Shown: positions 40,710-50,545 of the stretch, piece by piece
Position numbering within the stretch: the first letter of the stretch is position 1
Layout: each line of letters opens with the position of its first letter
Assembly: GCF_004765795.1 (NCBI RefSeq)
Contig: NZ_SBIV01000008.1
Span: forward strand, 1 to 64,000
Length of the DNA stretch: 64,000 bases
Direction of reading: 5' to 3'
Source of the DNA: Halorussus marinus
GTDB lineage: Archaea; Halobacteriota; Halobacteria; Halobacteriales; Haladaptataceae
The notes under the pieces: model-generated
The model's database searches: none
Seen by the model: the letters and a program-made list of their open reading frames with translations, nothing else
Told to the model about the DNA's origin: nothing
Made by a program: the position numbers and the translations under genes

Positions 40710-41300
40710 TCACTCCGAGCCGCCGGTGGCGCCCCCGTCGAGACACTCGACGACCGTATCGAACAGCGACCCGATCGTCCGGACCGCGTCCGAGTCGTGG
40801 GCCGACGGGTCGAGACAGACGTAGCCAGCGGCGCCGTGTTCGTCCAACAGCTGGCGGAAGTCGACGAGGAAATCGGCCGCCTCGTCGACCGGGCGGTGTT
40901 CGAGCAGCGCGGTCGCCGAGTCGAAGCAGACGACCGCGCGGCCGTCGTCGGGCCAGGCGTCGAGGTAGTCGGCGGCGGCGGCGCGGATCGCCGCTCCGTC
41001 GGTCGGATCCGCGACGCCCCGGACCGCGTTCGAGTCCGAACCGGCCGACGCCGCGGTCGATCGCATCCGGTCGCCGACGCCGACGACCCCGACGCGTCGC
41101 GGTCGCGTTCCGACGCGTGCGGTCCAGTCTTCGAGGAAGCCGGCGGGCCGATCGAACGTGACCCCGAGCACGTCGTCGGGATCGTCGTCGGCCAGCAGGG
41201 CGAACGGCGTTCGGTCGCGCTGCGACCGCCGGAAAACGAGCGTGTGGGGGTCGGCGTCGACGCAGGTCCGGATCAGTTTCGCCTCGTAGGCCGTCGTCAT
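40710..41300 (-). CDS. Degenerate RecA/KaiC-like protein (haloarchaeal, VCFDS motif)
   Basis: VVCFDSATALL...AHD...LFDTVVE; no Walker A. Confidence 0.7.
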   Translation of the reverse strand: MTTAYEAKLIRTCVDADPHTLVFRRSQRDRTPFALLADDDPDDVLGVTFDRPAGFLEDWTARVGTRPRRVGVVGVGDRMRSTAASAGSDSNAVRGVADPTDGAAIRAAAADYLDAWPDDGRAVVCFDSATALLEHRPVDEAADFLVDFRQLLDEHGAAGYVCLDPSAHDSDAVRTIGSLFDTVVECLDGGATGGSE

Positions 41301-41301
41301 G

Positions 41302-41622
41302 CTACGACTCGGAGACCGCGTTGCTGATTCGGACGGTCCCGTCGCTTCTCACGACGACGTCGAGCCCGCAGACGTCGAACCGAACGCTCGCCTCGCTCGA
41401 GGCCGTCGCGAACAGCTCGTCGAGCGCGTCGGGATCGACGCTCTCGTCGAGGGGGATCTTGGTGGTCATCGGATCGACGCCCGCGATCTCGGCGACCGCT
41501 CGGATGACGGTGCCGCTGACGGTCAGCGGGCCGTCGGGGTCGTGGTGAGCGTAGTACACGCCGGGTTCGTCGGCCGCTTCGACGAACCCCGAATCGTCGT
41601 CCCCCCAGTGACTCATTGACAT
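41302..41622 (-). CDS. HalOD1 output domain protein
   Basis: VIRAVAEIAGVDP...PLDESVDPDALDELF...VVVRSDG. Confidence 0.85.
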   Translation of the reverse strand: MSMSHWGDDDSGFVEAADEPGVYYAHHDPDGPLTVSGTVIRAVAEIAGVDPMTTKIPLDESVDPDALDELFATASSEASVRFDVCGLDVVVRSDGTVRISNAVSES

Positions 41623-41812
41623 CTTCCCGACCTCCCGGATTGGTTTCGATGTTCGCTTAATAAAACTATTGCTGTAACAACGGCGGGCGCGATCGACTCG
41701 TATCCACTCCATACCGGACGGTAATCCGAGTTTGTTCCGCGGTAGGTCCCACATATCAAAATAGTCGCCGCTCGTCGAACAGAACGTCGGCGATCCCGCC
41801 GACTACCGTACT

Positions 41813-41947
41813 ATGTCAGACACTACCCTACGCTCGGAGATCGCGGACCGACCGCGACTCGTCGGCGCACTGTTCACGATCACCCTCCTGCTCGCTCAGG
41901 TCGGCGGCGCGGCCGCGACCGGCGTGACCGCGACGTACGGCCCTTAG
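41813..41947 (+). CDS. 44-aa peptide 1 (xPR...hydrophobic...GP), not in ORF track
   Basis: Manual translation MSDTTLRSEIADRPRLVGALFTITLLLAQVGGAAATGVTATYGP*; stop overlaps stop of the convergent large gene. Confidence 0.8.
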   Translation: MSDTTLRSEIADRPRLVGALFTITLLLAQVGGAAATGVTATYGP

Positions 41948-43992
41948 AGGTCCAGAGAACTGCTCTGCCAGTACAGACATCGGTCTTTTTTGATCGGGTA
42001 CCGGTGCTGGTCCAAATACTCGCGAAGCTCCTCGCGAGAGAGCTGAAACTGTCCGATCACGCCGGGTGCGAGATAGTGTCGCTTTGCCCCGCCCACCATC
42101 GGTCTCGCCATCGTGCCCATCCCGCGCTCTCTGGGCACGAACGCGTCGATAGTGAGCTCGTACCCGTCGTCTGCGCCCGCGATCCGACAGAGCATCGAGA
42201 GCCCGTCGTCCTCCTGGACGACCGCGGCCCGCCCGTCGCCGACGACCGTGTAGTGACCGCCGACGACGCTCTCGGTGCGAGCGATCTCGATCGCGGCCCG
42301 GAGCGGGAATCCGAGATCGAGGAGCCGAGCCATCGTCTTCCCGACTCTGAGCGCGCCACTGTCGACGACATCGTTGAGCGTGACGACCCCGCCGACGCTT
42401 CCGGCCTCGACGAGCGCCATCCCCTGCTCGTAGGTCCGGCAGGCGTTCAGCAGGAACGCGCCGACGCCAACCGAGTCGATGTCGGTGGCGTCGAGGTAGC
42501 CGTCCGCACACTCGAAGCCCCGCTCGTCGACGTGGCCGATGTAGTGGAGGAAGTCGACGTCCTGCCCCAGAAGCCCTCGGAGTTCGCCGGTGGTCCGGTC
42601 TCGCCGGACCGTCACGTCGAACGGGAGCTCCGTCCGCGACCCGTAGGCCGCCCGGACCGCGTCGTTCTCCGCCCGCATCTCGGGGTCGTTGCCGACGACT
42701 GCGATCTCGATGTCGCCGGCGTCCGGCCGGCGATCGAGCTTGTTTCGGAACGCCGCCAGCGTCGCCTTCGTCGCCCCGATCGGCGTGCCGTCGCCGAACC
42801 ACGCCGATTCGACGGCGTCGGTCTCTGGGGGTCGGATCAGCCCGAGCGTGCCCGCGTCTCGGTCCGGCCCGCGGACGCGGTCGCCCCGGGTCGCGCCCAT
42901 GAAGTCGTCGAGGACGCCTTCCCGGAACGCCGCCGGGGAGACGCGCTCGCCCGTCGCGGGCCGGACGATCGCGAGGTCCCCGACCACGAACGGGAGCGCT
43001 TCGAGGCCGGTCGGGGAGGCGTCGACGTACGCCGCGAGGTTCCACCGCGGGACGTGGTCGGCGACGGTCTCGAACGGCACCGAGAGGTAGGCCCCGAGCC
43101 GGTCGGCAAGCGGTCGGTCGTACAGCGCCGCCAGATCGAGGTCGAGGCGGGGCGCCAGCGCCGCCCGCTCGTGGAGGTCCACCCGGTAGTAGCCCTCGGT
43201 CCGGACGAGGCAGTCGAACAGAAACGACTGCTTGAGCGCGCGCTCGACGCCCGTCTGGAGGTCAGGCTCGTCGAGCGCGAACTCCCGGTCGACACACCGG
43301 AGCCGGCCCGACTCGCCCGGGACGAGCTCGGCGCCGAGGTAGAACGCGAGCGGCGCGGCGATCGCGGCCGCGCGGTGGGTCGGCGGCACCTCGATCTCGA
43401 CGCCGGTGTCGGGCGTCGAGAGGCCGTCCGGGATCGACAGCGTCGCGCCGACCTCGACGGTCGGCGGGTGACCCCGGAGGGTCGGGTACGACCGCTCGGG
43501 CGAGGTGGTCTTGAGCGCCGAGCCGAGATACGACAGCGCCCGGAGCGCGTCCGCCGGGTCGGAGGTGATCGTCATCGTCGCCGCGGGCCGCTGGTGGTAC
43601 GACCGCGCGCCGACCAGCAGTTCGTCGGCGTCGAACGAGAACGCGATCCGATCGCCGTCGGCGCTCGCCGCCACCGCGCCCTCGACCCGGAAGTAGCACT
43701 TCACCGGCCCGTTGAGTTCGAGTTCGTAGCTGTCGGCCGGGAGTTCGATCTCTGCTCCCGGCCGGAGGGCGGCCACCATCCCGCCGTCCTCGCGACGGAC
43801 GTACGCGTCCGCGATGCCCGCGACCCTCACGGTCGCGGCGTCGACCGCGACCGCGGCGTCGACCGGGAAGTAGAACGCCGCCTCGTCGATCTCGGACGGG
43901 GCGACCGGACCGCCGGTCCGGAGCCGGTAGCGGCGCCGCTCGATGGGGTCGACGATGTCGAGTCCGTCGTCGCACGGTTCGAACGTAACCAC
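41944..43992 (-). CDS. Large haloarchaeal protein with C-terminal caspase/CHAT-like domain (paralog 1)
   Basis: KTTSPERSYPTLRGHPP; FLHYIGH...FLLNAC His/Cys motifs. Confidence 0.75.
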   Translation of the reverse strand: MVTFEPCDDGLDIVDPIERRRYRLRTGGPVAPSEIDEAAFYFPVDAAVAVDAATVRVAGIADAYVRREDGGMVAALRPGAEIELPADSYELELNGPVKCYFRVEGAVAASADGDRIAFSFDADELLVGARSYHQRPAATMTITSDPADALRALSYLGSALKTTSPERSYPTLRGHPPTVEVGATLSIPDGLSTPDTGVEIEVPPTHRAAAIAAPLAFYLGAELVPGESGRLRCVDREFALDEPDLQTGVERALKQSFLFDCLVRTEGYYRVDLHERAALAPRLDLDLAALYDRPLADRLGAYLSVPFETVADHVPRWNLAAYVDASPTGLEALPFVVGDLAIVRPATGERVSPAAFREGVLDDFMGATRGDRVRGPDRDAGTLGLIRPPETDAVESAWFGDGTPIGATKATLAAFRNKLDRRPDAGDIEIAVVGNDPEMRAENDAVRAAYGSRTELPFDVTVRRDRTTGELRGLLGQDVDFLHYIGHVDERGFECADGYLDATDIDSVGVGAFLLNACRTYEQGMALVEAGSVGGVVTLNDVVDSGALRVGKTMARLLDLGFPLRAAIEIARTESVVGGHYTVVGDGRAAVVQEDDGLSMLCRIAGADDGYELTIDAFVPRERGMGTMARPMVGGAKRHYLAPGVIGQFQLSREELREYLDQHRYPIKKDRCLYWQSSSLDL

Positions 43993-44071
43993 GTTTCACC
44001 TCGGAGCGAGCGTTACCAGCGGCCACTCGTTCGACCTCCAAAAGTCTCCTGTCGGCGGCCGGCGCCGGGCG

Positions 44072-45274
44072 CTACTCGTTTCGCGGGCTACTCGGGTGGT
44101 AGTCGGTGTCGTACTCGCCGGGCCGGTCGTCGAGCCGGTCGGGGTTGATCCGGCCGCTGAGCAACATGAAGTCGACGAGCGTCAGCGCCAGCATCGCCTC
44201 GACGACCGGGACGCCCCGGGGCGGAAGCACGGGGTCGTGGCGTCCGATGACCTTGGCCTCCTTCTGCTCGCCGGTCTCCCAGTCGACGGTGGTCTGGGTC
44301 TTGGGGATCGAGGTGGGCGCGTGGAGGGTGACCTCGCCGTAGATGGGCTCGCCCGTCGTGATCCCGCCCTGAATCCCGCCGTGGTCGTTCTCGACCGGCT
44401 TCGGGTCGCCGCGTTCTCGCGGTTCGTCACCGCTCGAATCCTCCGAGGGGCCCTGCGCCTCGCTATCGCCGAACTCCCAGTCGTCGTTTCGGTCTTTGCC
44501 GGTGTACTCGCGGGCCTCGCGGCCGAGTCCGAACTCGAAGGCGGTCGAGGCGGGCACGCTCATCATCGCCTGTCCGAGTCGGGCCTCCAGCGAGTCGAAC
44601 CGGGGCGCACCCAGCCCGCGCGGGACTCCGCGGGCCTCGAAGTAGATGGAGCCGCCGATAGAGTCGCCTTCGGTCTGGTACTCGTCGATGCGCTCGCGCA
44701 TCCGCTCGGCGGTCTCGGGGTGGGCACACCGCACTTCGTTGTCCTCGCTGTGTGCTTTGATCTCCTTGAACGACACCTCCGGCGCCTCGATGTCGCCGAT
44801 CTGGTTGACGTGGGCCTTGAGTTCGACGCCCGCCTCGGCGAGGATCTTGGTCGCGATCGCGCCCGCCGCGACCCAGTTGACGGTCTCGCGGGCCGACGAC
44901 CGGCCGCCCCCGCCCCAGTTTCGCGTGCCGAACTTCGCCGAGTAGGTGAAGTCGCCGTGGCTGGGCCGAGGCGCGGTGACGAACGGCTCGTATTTCTCCG
45001 ACTGGGCGTCCTTGTTCTCGATGACCATCCCGATCGGGGTGCCGGTGGTGTAGCCGTCCTGGACCCCGGACTTGATCGAGACAGCGTCGGGCTCTCCGCG
45101 GCTCGTCGTGATCATCGACTGGCCGGGCTTGCGCCGGTCGAGGTCGGCCTGCACGTCGTCTTCCGAGAGTTCGAGCCCCGCCGGACAGCCCGAGACGGTG
45201 ACGCCCATCGCGTCGCCGTGGCTCTCGCCGAAGGTGGTCACCTGAAACAGGCGTCCGAAGCTGTTGCCGTTCAT
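44072..45274 (-). CDS. aroC: Chorismate synthase
   Basis: TTFGESHG, RPSHGD, GGGRSSARET, GRHDP. Confidence 0.96.
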   Translation of the reverse strand: MNGNSFGRLFQVTTFGESHGDAMGVTVSGCPAGLELSEDDVQADLDRRKPGQSMITTSRGEPDAVSIKSGVQDGYTTGTPIGMVIENKDAQSEKYEPFVTAPRPSHGDFTYSAKFGTRNWGGGGRSSARETVNWVAAGAIATKILAEAGVELKAHVNQIGDIEAPEVSFKEIKAHSEDNEVRCAHPETAERMRERIDEYQTEGDSIGGSIYFEARGVPRGLGAPRFDSLEARLGQAMMSVPASTAFEFGLGREAREYTGKDRNDDWEFGDSEAQGPSEDSSGDEPRERGDPKPVENDHGGIQGGITTGEPIYGEVTLHAPTSIPKTQTTVDWETGEQKEAKVIGRHDPVLPPRGVPVVEAMLALTLVDFMLLSGRINPDRLDDRPGEYDTDYHPSSPRNE

Positions 45275-45369
45275 TGGCGGTTGTTGTGTGGGCGGCCTAT
45301 TTAGGGTTTGCAGAAGACGCAAGGCTGTGTCCGCGAGGCTCCGGAGTCAGACGGCCGGCTCGCATCTCG

Positions 45370-46038
45370 CTACCGCTCCTCGTCGGCCCGCGCCAGCCCG
45401 AGCGACTGTGCGGTCGGAAGGGTCCAGCCCAGCGACACCGCCACGCCGCGAATTCCGAGGGTCGCGACCGCACAGACCGTCGCGGCGGTGCTCCCCGTCG
45501 CCCCGACGGCCGTCGCCAGCCAGTAGGCGCATCCGCCGAGCACCGCACAACTCGCGTAGAAGTCCTCCAGGAGGATGAACGGCGAGCGGTCGAGCAGGAG
45601 GTCGGCGAACGCCCCGCCGCCGACCGCGTTGATCGTCGCGACCGCGACCACGCCGAACCCCGGGAGCCCGGCCTCGGTCGCGACGATGGCCCCCGTCGTG
45701 GTGAACGCCGCGAGCCCGACCCCGTCGGACAACAGCGCGACCGGGTGGTCGTCCGGCGAGTCGAGGACGACGCTCAGCCCGACCGCGAGTCCGACGCCCA
45801 ACAGGCCGAGACCGATCTCGCCGGGCGCCCTGAGCGCCAGCGGGACGCGGTTCACGAGGAGGTCTCTGGTCGCCCCGCCCGCGAACGCGGTCGCGAGCCC
45901 GACCACCGCGAGGCCGAACACGTCGAACTCCTCGCGGATCGCCTTCGTCGCGCCGACCAGCGCGAACGCGACCAGCCCGACCGCGTTCATCACGGCGAAC
46001 GGGTCGACGGCCGGGAGCGCTCCGAGAAACTGCGTCAC
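45370..46038 (-). CDS. TRIC/UPF0126 family membrane protein
   Basis: AFAGGATRDLL and AVGGGAFADLL repeats. Confidence 0.85.
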   Translation of the reverse strand: MTQFLGALPAVDPFAVMNAVGLVAFALVGATKAIREEFDVFGLAVVGLATAFAGGATRDLLVNRVPLALRAPGEIGLGLLGVGLAVGLSVVLDSPDDHPVALLSDGVGLAAFTTTGAIVATEAGLPGFGVVAVATINAVGGGAFADLLLDRSPFILLEDFYASCAVLGGCAYWLATAVGATGSTAATVCAVATLGIRGVAVSLGWTLPTAQSLGLARADEER

Positions 46039-46111
46039 TACCTCAGCCCACGAAAGCGAGCGTCTTGAGCGCTACGCATCCGTTTGCCCGGCTCGCGCCG
46101 GGGTCGGCGGG

Positions 46112-47428
46112 TCACTCCCGGTCGAGCGTCGCGCCGAGGTCGTACAGCACGTCGAAGAACTCCGGGAACGAGACGTCGACGTGTTGGGCGTCCGAGACGG
46201 TCGTCGGGCCCGAGGCCGCGAGCGCGGCGACCGACAGCGCCATCACGATCCGGTGGTCGCCGCGGCCGTCGACCGCGCCGCCGGTCAGCTCCGAGTCGCC
46301 GCCCCGAATCGTCAGCGTCTCGGCGGTCTCCTCGGTCTCGACGCCGAGGGTCGACAGCTCCTCGGCCATCGCGCTCACCCGGTCGGTCTCCTTGTACCTG
46401 ACGTGCTCGCAGTTCACGAGTCGGGTCTCGCCGTCGGCGACCGCGCCGAGCGTCGCGACCGTCGGCAGCAGGTCGGGGGTGTCGCCCACGTCGACCTCGA
46501 TGCCCGAGAGAGTCGAGCGCTCGACGGTCACGACGCCGTCCTCGCGGTTCCAGTCGACGTCGGCGCCCATCCGGTCGAGGACGCCCACGATCTCCGAGTC
46601 GCCCTGCGCGCTCGGGTACGCGCCCTCGACCCGGACCGCCTCGTCGGGGTCGGCCGCGATCGCGCCCGCCGCCAGCAGGTACGAGATCGACGAGAAGTCG
46701 CCCGGGACGTGATACTCCCCGTCGGTCGGCTCGTAGAACTGCCCGCCACCGACGCTGTAGGTCCCGCCGGCCGGCCCGGCCGCGTCGGGGCCGCGCTTCT
46801 CGGCGTCGATCCCGAACTCCTCGAGGAGTTCGAGGGTGATGTCGACGTACGGCGCCGACTTGAGTTCGGTTTCGAGTTCGATCTCGATCCCGTCGTCGGT
46901 GACCGCCCCCGCCATCAGCAAGGCGGTGACGAACTGCGAGGAGACGTCGCCGGGCATCGAGACGCGCCCGCCCGAGATCGGTCCCTCGACCACCAGCGGA
47001 GCCTGCCCGTTTCGCCGGGTGCTCTCGGCCCGGCCGCCGAGCGACTCGACGACCTCGAGCAGTGGACCGTGGGGGCGCGACCGGAGCGAGCTATCGCCGG
47101 TGAGGACGCTCGCGCCGTCGGCGAGCGCGGCCGCCGCGGTCACGAGTCGCATCGTCGTCCCGCTGTTGGCGCAGTCGACGACGTCGGCCGGCACGTCGGG
47201 ACGACCGTCGAAGCCGTCGACGTCGACGTGGTCCGACTCGCGGGTGACGGCCCCGCCGAAGGCCTCGACCGCGCGCATCGTCGCCTCCGTGTCGGCGCTC
47301 ACGAGCGGATCGTACACCAGCGCGCCCCCGGAGTAGCCGGCGGCGAGGATGGCGCGGTGGGTGTAGCTCTTCGAGGAGGGCGCCCGGGCGGCCCCCGAGA
47401 GCGTCGACGGCGAGAGTTCCACGTTCAT
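46112..47428 (-). CDS. aroA: 3-phosphoshikimate 1-carboxyvinyltransferase
   Basis: [35 protein letters not shown]. Confidence 0.96.
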   Translation of the reverse strand: MNVELSPSTLSGAARAPSSKSYTHRAILAAGYSGGALVYDPLVSADTEATMRAVEAFGGAVTRESDHVDVDGFDGRPDVPADVVDCANSGTTMRLVTAAAALADGASVLTGDSSLRSRPHGPLLEVVESLGGRAESTRRNGQAPLVVEGPISGGRVSMPGDVSSQFVTALLMAGAVTDDGIEIELETELKSAPYVDITLELLEEFGIDAEKRGPDAAGPAGGTYSVGGGQFYEPTDGEYHVPGDFSSISYLLAAGAIAADPDEAVRVEGAYPSAQGDSEIVGVLDRMGADVDWNREDGVVTVERSTLSGIEVDVGDTPDLLPTVATLGAVADGETRLVNCEHVRYKETDRVSAMAEELSTLGVETEETAETLTIRGGDSELTGGAVDGRGDHRIVMALSVAALAASGPTTVSDAQHVDVSFPEFFDVLYDLGATLDRE

Positions 47429-47498
47429 GCGCGACCAGAGGACCCGGTCCCGTATCAGGATACCGGACGTGACAGGTCTGGCGCCCGCCGACCGGAGC

Positions 47499-48425
47499 TC
47501 ACTTGCGGTCGAGCCGCGAGAGGCCGTGCCAGATCGCGTCGACCAGCCTGTCTTCGCCCTCCCCGTCGGCGTCGTCCCACCCGCGGGCGAGCGCGTCCTC
47601 CAGCACCGAGAGGTCGTGGTTCTCGAAGTTGTTCATCCCGCGGAACGACTCCAGCGCCTCGCGTCCGGCCTCGCCGAAGTCGGCGGTCGGCTCGCCGTCG
47701 TAGAACCCGAGGTCGGCGAGCGTCTCGGAAACGGTCTCGGCGGTCGCGCCCGACAGCTCCCGGCAGTCGTCGGGCGCCTCGCGTTCGAGCAGGGTCACGT
47801 CGTACACCTTGAACGCGCGTTCGAGCTCGTCGATCGGCGACTCGTGGTCGTCGACCCGCACGTCGATCCACCGGTCGTTGTTGCCCGCGTACCCGCCCTC
47901 GGCCTTCGCGACGTAGAGGGCGGCGCTCTGCTCGCCGCGCTTGTCGCCGCCCGCCGCGTTGCCCGCGTGGAGGGCCTCGATGAGCCGCTCGGGGAGGCCG
48001 CCGTCGGCCGACTCGAACGCCTCGCCCATCGCCTCGACCGTCTCGCGGTTCTCGAGGATGTTGCCCTGCGCGGTGTAGGTGTCGCCCTGCACGTCGCCCG
48101 CGTAGTCGAGACACTCCTCGCCGGTGAACGCGGCCACCGAGCCGTCCTGCCCGACGACGCCGACCTGTCGCTGGGGGGCTTGGTCGTCGCCGTCGGTGAG
48201 TTCGTCGACGACCTCGGCCGCCGAGCGGCCCTCCCGAAGCAGGTCGAGACCGTCGGGCCCGTACGCGACGTTTGCGAAGCTCTGGGTGGCGACCGCGCCG
48301 GCGTCGGCGCTGGCGAACGGGACCACCGCGCCGACCGAGACGAACTTCGACTGGACCGCGACGCCGACCGCGTCGGTCTCGGGGTCGCGGGCGACGATCG
48401 AGAACGTGGCTGGTCGTGGTTCCAT
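47499..48425 (-). CDS. DUF1028 family (Ntn-hydrolase-like) protein
   Basis: [36 protein letters not shown]. Confidence 0.88.
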   Translation of the reverse strand: MEPRPATFSIVARDPETDAVGVAVQSKFVSVGAVVPFASADAGAVATQSFANVAYGPDGLDLLREGRSAAEVVDELTDGDDQAPQRQVGVVGQDGSVAAFTGEECLDYAGDVQGDTYTAQGNILENRETVEAMGEAFESADGGLPERLIEALHAGNAAGGDKRGEQSAALYVAKAEGGYAGNNDRWIDVRVDDHESPIDELERAFKVYDVTLLEREAPDDCRELSGATAETVSETLADLGFYDGEPTADFGEAGREALESFRGMNNFENHDLSVLEDALARGWDDADGEGEDRLVDAIWHGLSRLDRK

Positions 48426-48471
48426 GCGACACGACTGGCACCCGACCAGAAAAAGCGTTCGCGCGGCGGCG

Positions 48472-48936
48472 TCAATCACCGGTTTCGCCGTCCCTCGCCC
48501 GCTTTCGCGCGGTCAGCGGCTGGCGGCGGGCCAGCTCGCAGTCGAACGCGGGATGCTCGGCGAAGTGGTGGACGAGCATGTGGCGCCGGCCGCCGGTCAG
48601 GCCGGGCCGACCCACGTCCTCGGCGGTGAACGTTCGAGGCAGTCGGTCGTAGAACCGACGCAGTTCCTCGAAGCTCTCGAACACCTTCCGGTGGCCCGAC
48701 GAGTCCGCTCGCGAGCGCGCGACGACGTAGCTACCGTCCTCGCGGTGCTCGCCCGCCGTCTGCTCGAACGCCCGGCGCTCGGTCAGCGCCTCGCCGAGCG
48801 CGGTCCGAAGCCGATCGGCCTCGGCTCTGGTGAGGTCGTGCGTCTCGCCCGCGAGCGTGACCGCGACGCGGTCGGCGTCGACGTTACGTTCGGCGCGGAA
48901 TTTCTCGATCAGCCGCCGGCTGGCGACTTCCCCTAT
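48472..48936 (-). CDS. Conserved hypothetical protein; start uncertain, possibly non-canonical
   Basis: Frame open from ~48969 to 48472 (GEHREDGSYVVARS...FTAEDVG...HFAEHPAFDC); first canonical start only at GTG 48684. Confidence 0.6.
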   Translation of the reverse strand: MGEVASRRLIEKFRAERNVDADRVAVTLAGETHDLTRAEADRLRTALGEALTERRAFEQTAGEHREDGSYVVARSRADSSGHRKVFESFEELRRFYDRLPRTFTAEDVGRPGLTGGRRHMLVHHFAEHPAFDCELARRQPLTARKRARDGETGD

Positions 48937-49021
48937 CCTCCGGGTCCCCGGGCGACGAAGGTCGTGGCGTCATGTGAGAGTCGATACGCACCGCCCCAAC
49001 ATAAGCGTCGGGGCGGTCCGG

Positions 49022-49273
49022 TCACCGCCGGGTGACCAGCAGGACGGCGACGACGACGTTGTACACCGCGAGCCCGGCCGCGATCGCGCCGACCGAGAGC
49101 CCGACGTAGACGGTCGCCAGCATCGCGGCCTCGGTCGCGGTCTCGGCGAGCGCGACTGCGAACGCGAGCAGGCCGCCGGCCACGGCGGCTACCGGCGGGC
49201 CGAACTCCCGCCAGTAGGTTTCTGAGACGGGGAGGCGGAGCCTGACGACCGACTCCTCGGAATCCCGAGGCAT
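49022..49273 (-). CDS. Small membrane protein
   Basis: Two hydrophobic segments; TATA-like CTTATG upstream. Confidence 0.55.
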   Translation of the reverse strand: MPRDSEESVVRLRLPVSETYWREFGPPVAAVAGGLLAFAVALAETATEAAMLATVYVGLSVGAIAAGLAVYNVVVAVLLVTRR

Positions 49274-49384
49274 GCGCGCTACCTCTCACCCCGCGGACAT
49301 AAGTCTTCAGGCGCCGGAAGGGCGTGGACGGGAGCGAGCCGCGAGTCCGCGGTCGTTTTGTGCTCCCGGGCCGTACCCGCGGCC

Positions 49385-50107
49385 ATGAAAGTCCGCGGCG
49401 AGCGCGAGTGCAAGGACTGTGGGGCCCGGTGGTCCTACTACGAGACCGGGAGCGTGGCGTGCCCGTCGTGCGAGAGCCTCCGGAGCGTCGGCGTCGACGA
49501 CGAGCGGCGCCTCCACACCGACGCGCCGGTCGAACTCGACCTGAGCGACGCCCGGGCGGCGCTCGACGACGAGTCGCTCCGCGAGACCGCAGACCGGGCC
49601 GGCGAGGTCGCCCGCGAGTACGTCCGCAAGCGCGGGTTCGTCGACGCCGGGGAGCTACGCGCGCTCGACGACCGCTATCTGACGGCCCACGAACTCCGAC
49701 ACGCCGCCGACGCGATCGGTCGGCGGATGGACCCAAGCGACGAGGAGGAGTGGTACTTCCTCGCGCTCCTGCGTGGCGCCGACGCCGCCGAGCCCGACCG
49801 GCCCGCGCCCGACGAGGTGCCCGCGTCGATGCGGGGCGTGCGGGGACTGGCGTACGCGAACGCCGTGCGCGAGTACCGCCGAGAGATGCTCGACTGGCTC
49901 GACGAACAGCCCGAGACCCGGGACCGATCCGTCCTCGAAACGCTCGGCTCGCACCTCAAGCGTGTGCGGGCGCTCGACGGCGAGGTCGACCCCACCGACG
50001 CCGAGGCGCTCGTGGCCGCGGCCCGCGACGCGTCCCGATTCCTGCGCGAGGACGACGCCGAGGCGCTCGCCAGCGCCCGCGAGCGCCTCGACCGACTCGC
50101 CGAGTAG
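49385..50107 (+). CDS. N-terminal zinc-ribbon protein
   Basis: MKVRGERECKDCGARWSYYETGSVACPSC. Confidence 0.75.
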   Translation: MKVRGERECKDCGARWSYYETGSVACPSCESLRSVGVDDERRLHTDAPVELDLSDARAALDDESLRETADRAGEVAREYVRKRGFVDAGELRALDDRYLTAHELRHAADAIGRRMDPSDEEEWYFLALLRGADAAEPDRPAPDEVPASMRGVRGLAYANAVREYRREMLDWLDEQPETRDRSVLETLGSHLKRVRALDGEVDPTDAEALVAAARDASRFLREDDAEALASARERLDRLAE

Positions 50108-50153
50108 CGCCGGCCGGCGAACGCTTTTGTTACTCGGTGCCATACCATCGACC

Positions 50154-50540
50154 ATGGCGACCGACGACACCTCGCGGCTGGGGTGGGCGTTCAGACTCCT
50201 GTTTCTCGTCCTCGTGGTCGTCCCGGTCGCGGTTCCGTTCGCGGACGCCGTCGAGGCGCTCCCGGTCGCGCTCGATACCGCCCTGCTCGCGCGACTGACG
50301 GGGGCCGGAGCGGTGCTCGCGGTCCTCGCGGTGCTCGTCACACAGAAGCGCCGGGCTCGGGGCCGGGAAGTCACAGACTCGCCCGAACACCGACGCGACC
50401 GCGAGCCCGAAGGCACCGGCGAGGTGTACGCGCCGTACGCCTACAACAACCAACAGCGAGCGCGCCGGGAGGGCGAGCGCATCCGCGAGCGGGCGGCCGA
50501 GGTCGCCGAGGCCGACCGCGAGGGCCGCGACCGGCCGTAG
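50154..50540 (+). CDS. Hypothetical membrane protein
   Basis: Two TM segments then a charged tail. Confidence 0.55.
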   Translation: MATDDTSRLGWAFRLLFLVLVVVPVAVPFADAVEALPVALDTALLARLTGAGAVLAVLAVLVTQKRRARGREVTDSPEHRRDREPEGTGEVYAPYAYNNQQRARREGERIRERAAEVAEADREGRDRP

Positions 50541-50545
50541 GCCGT

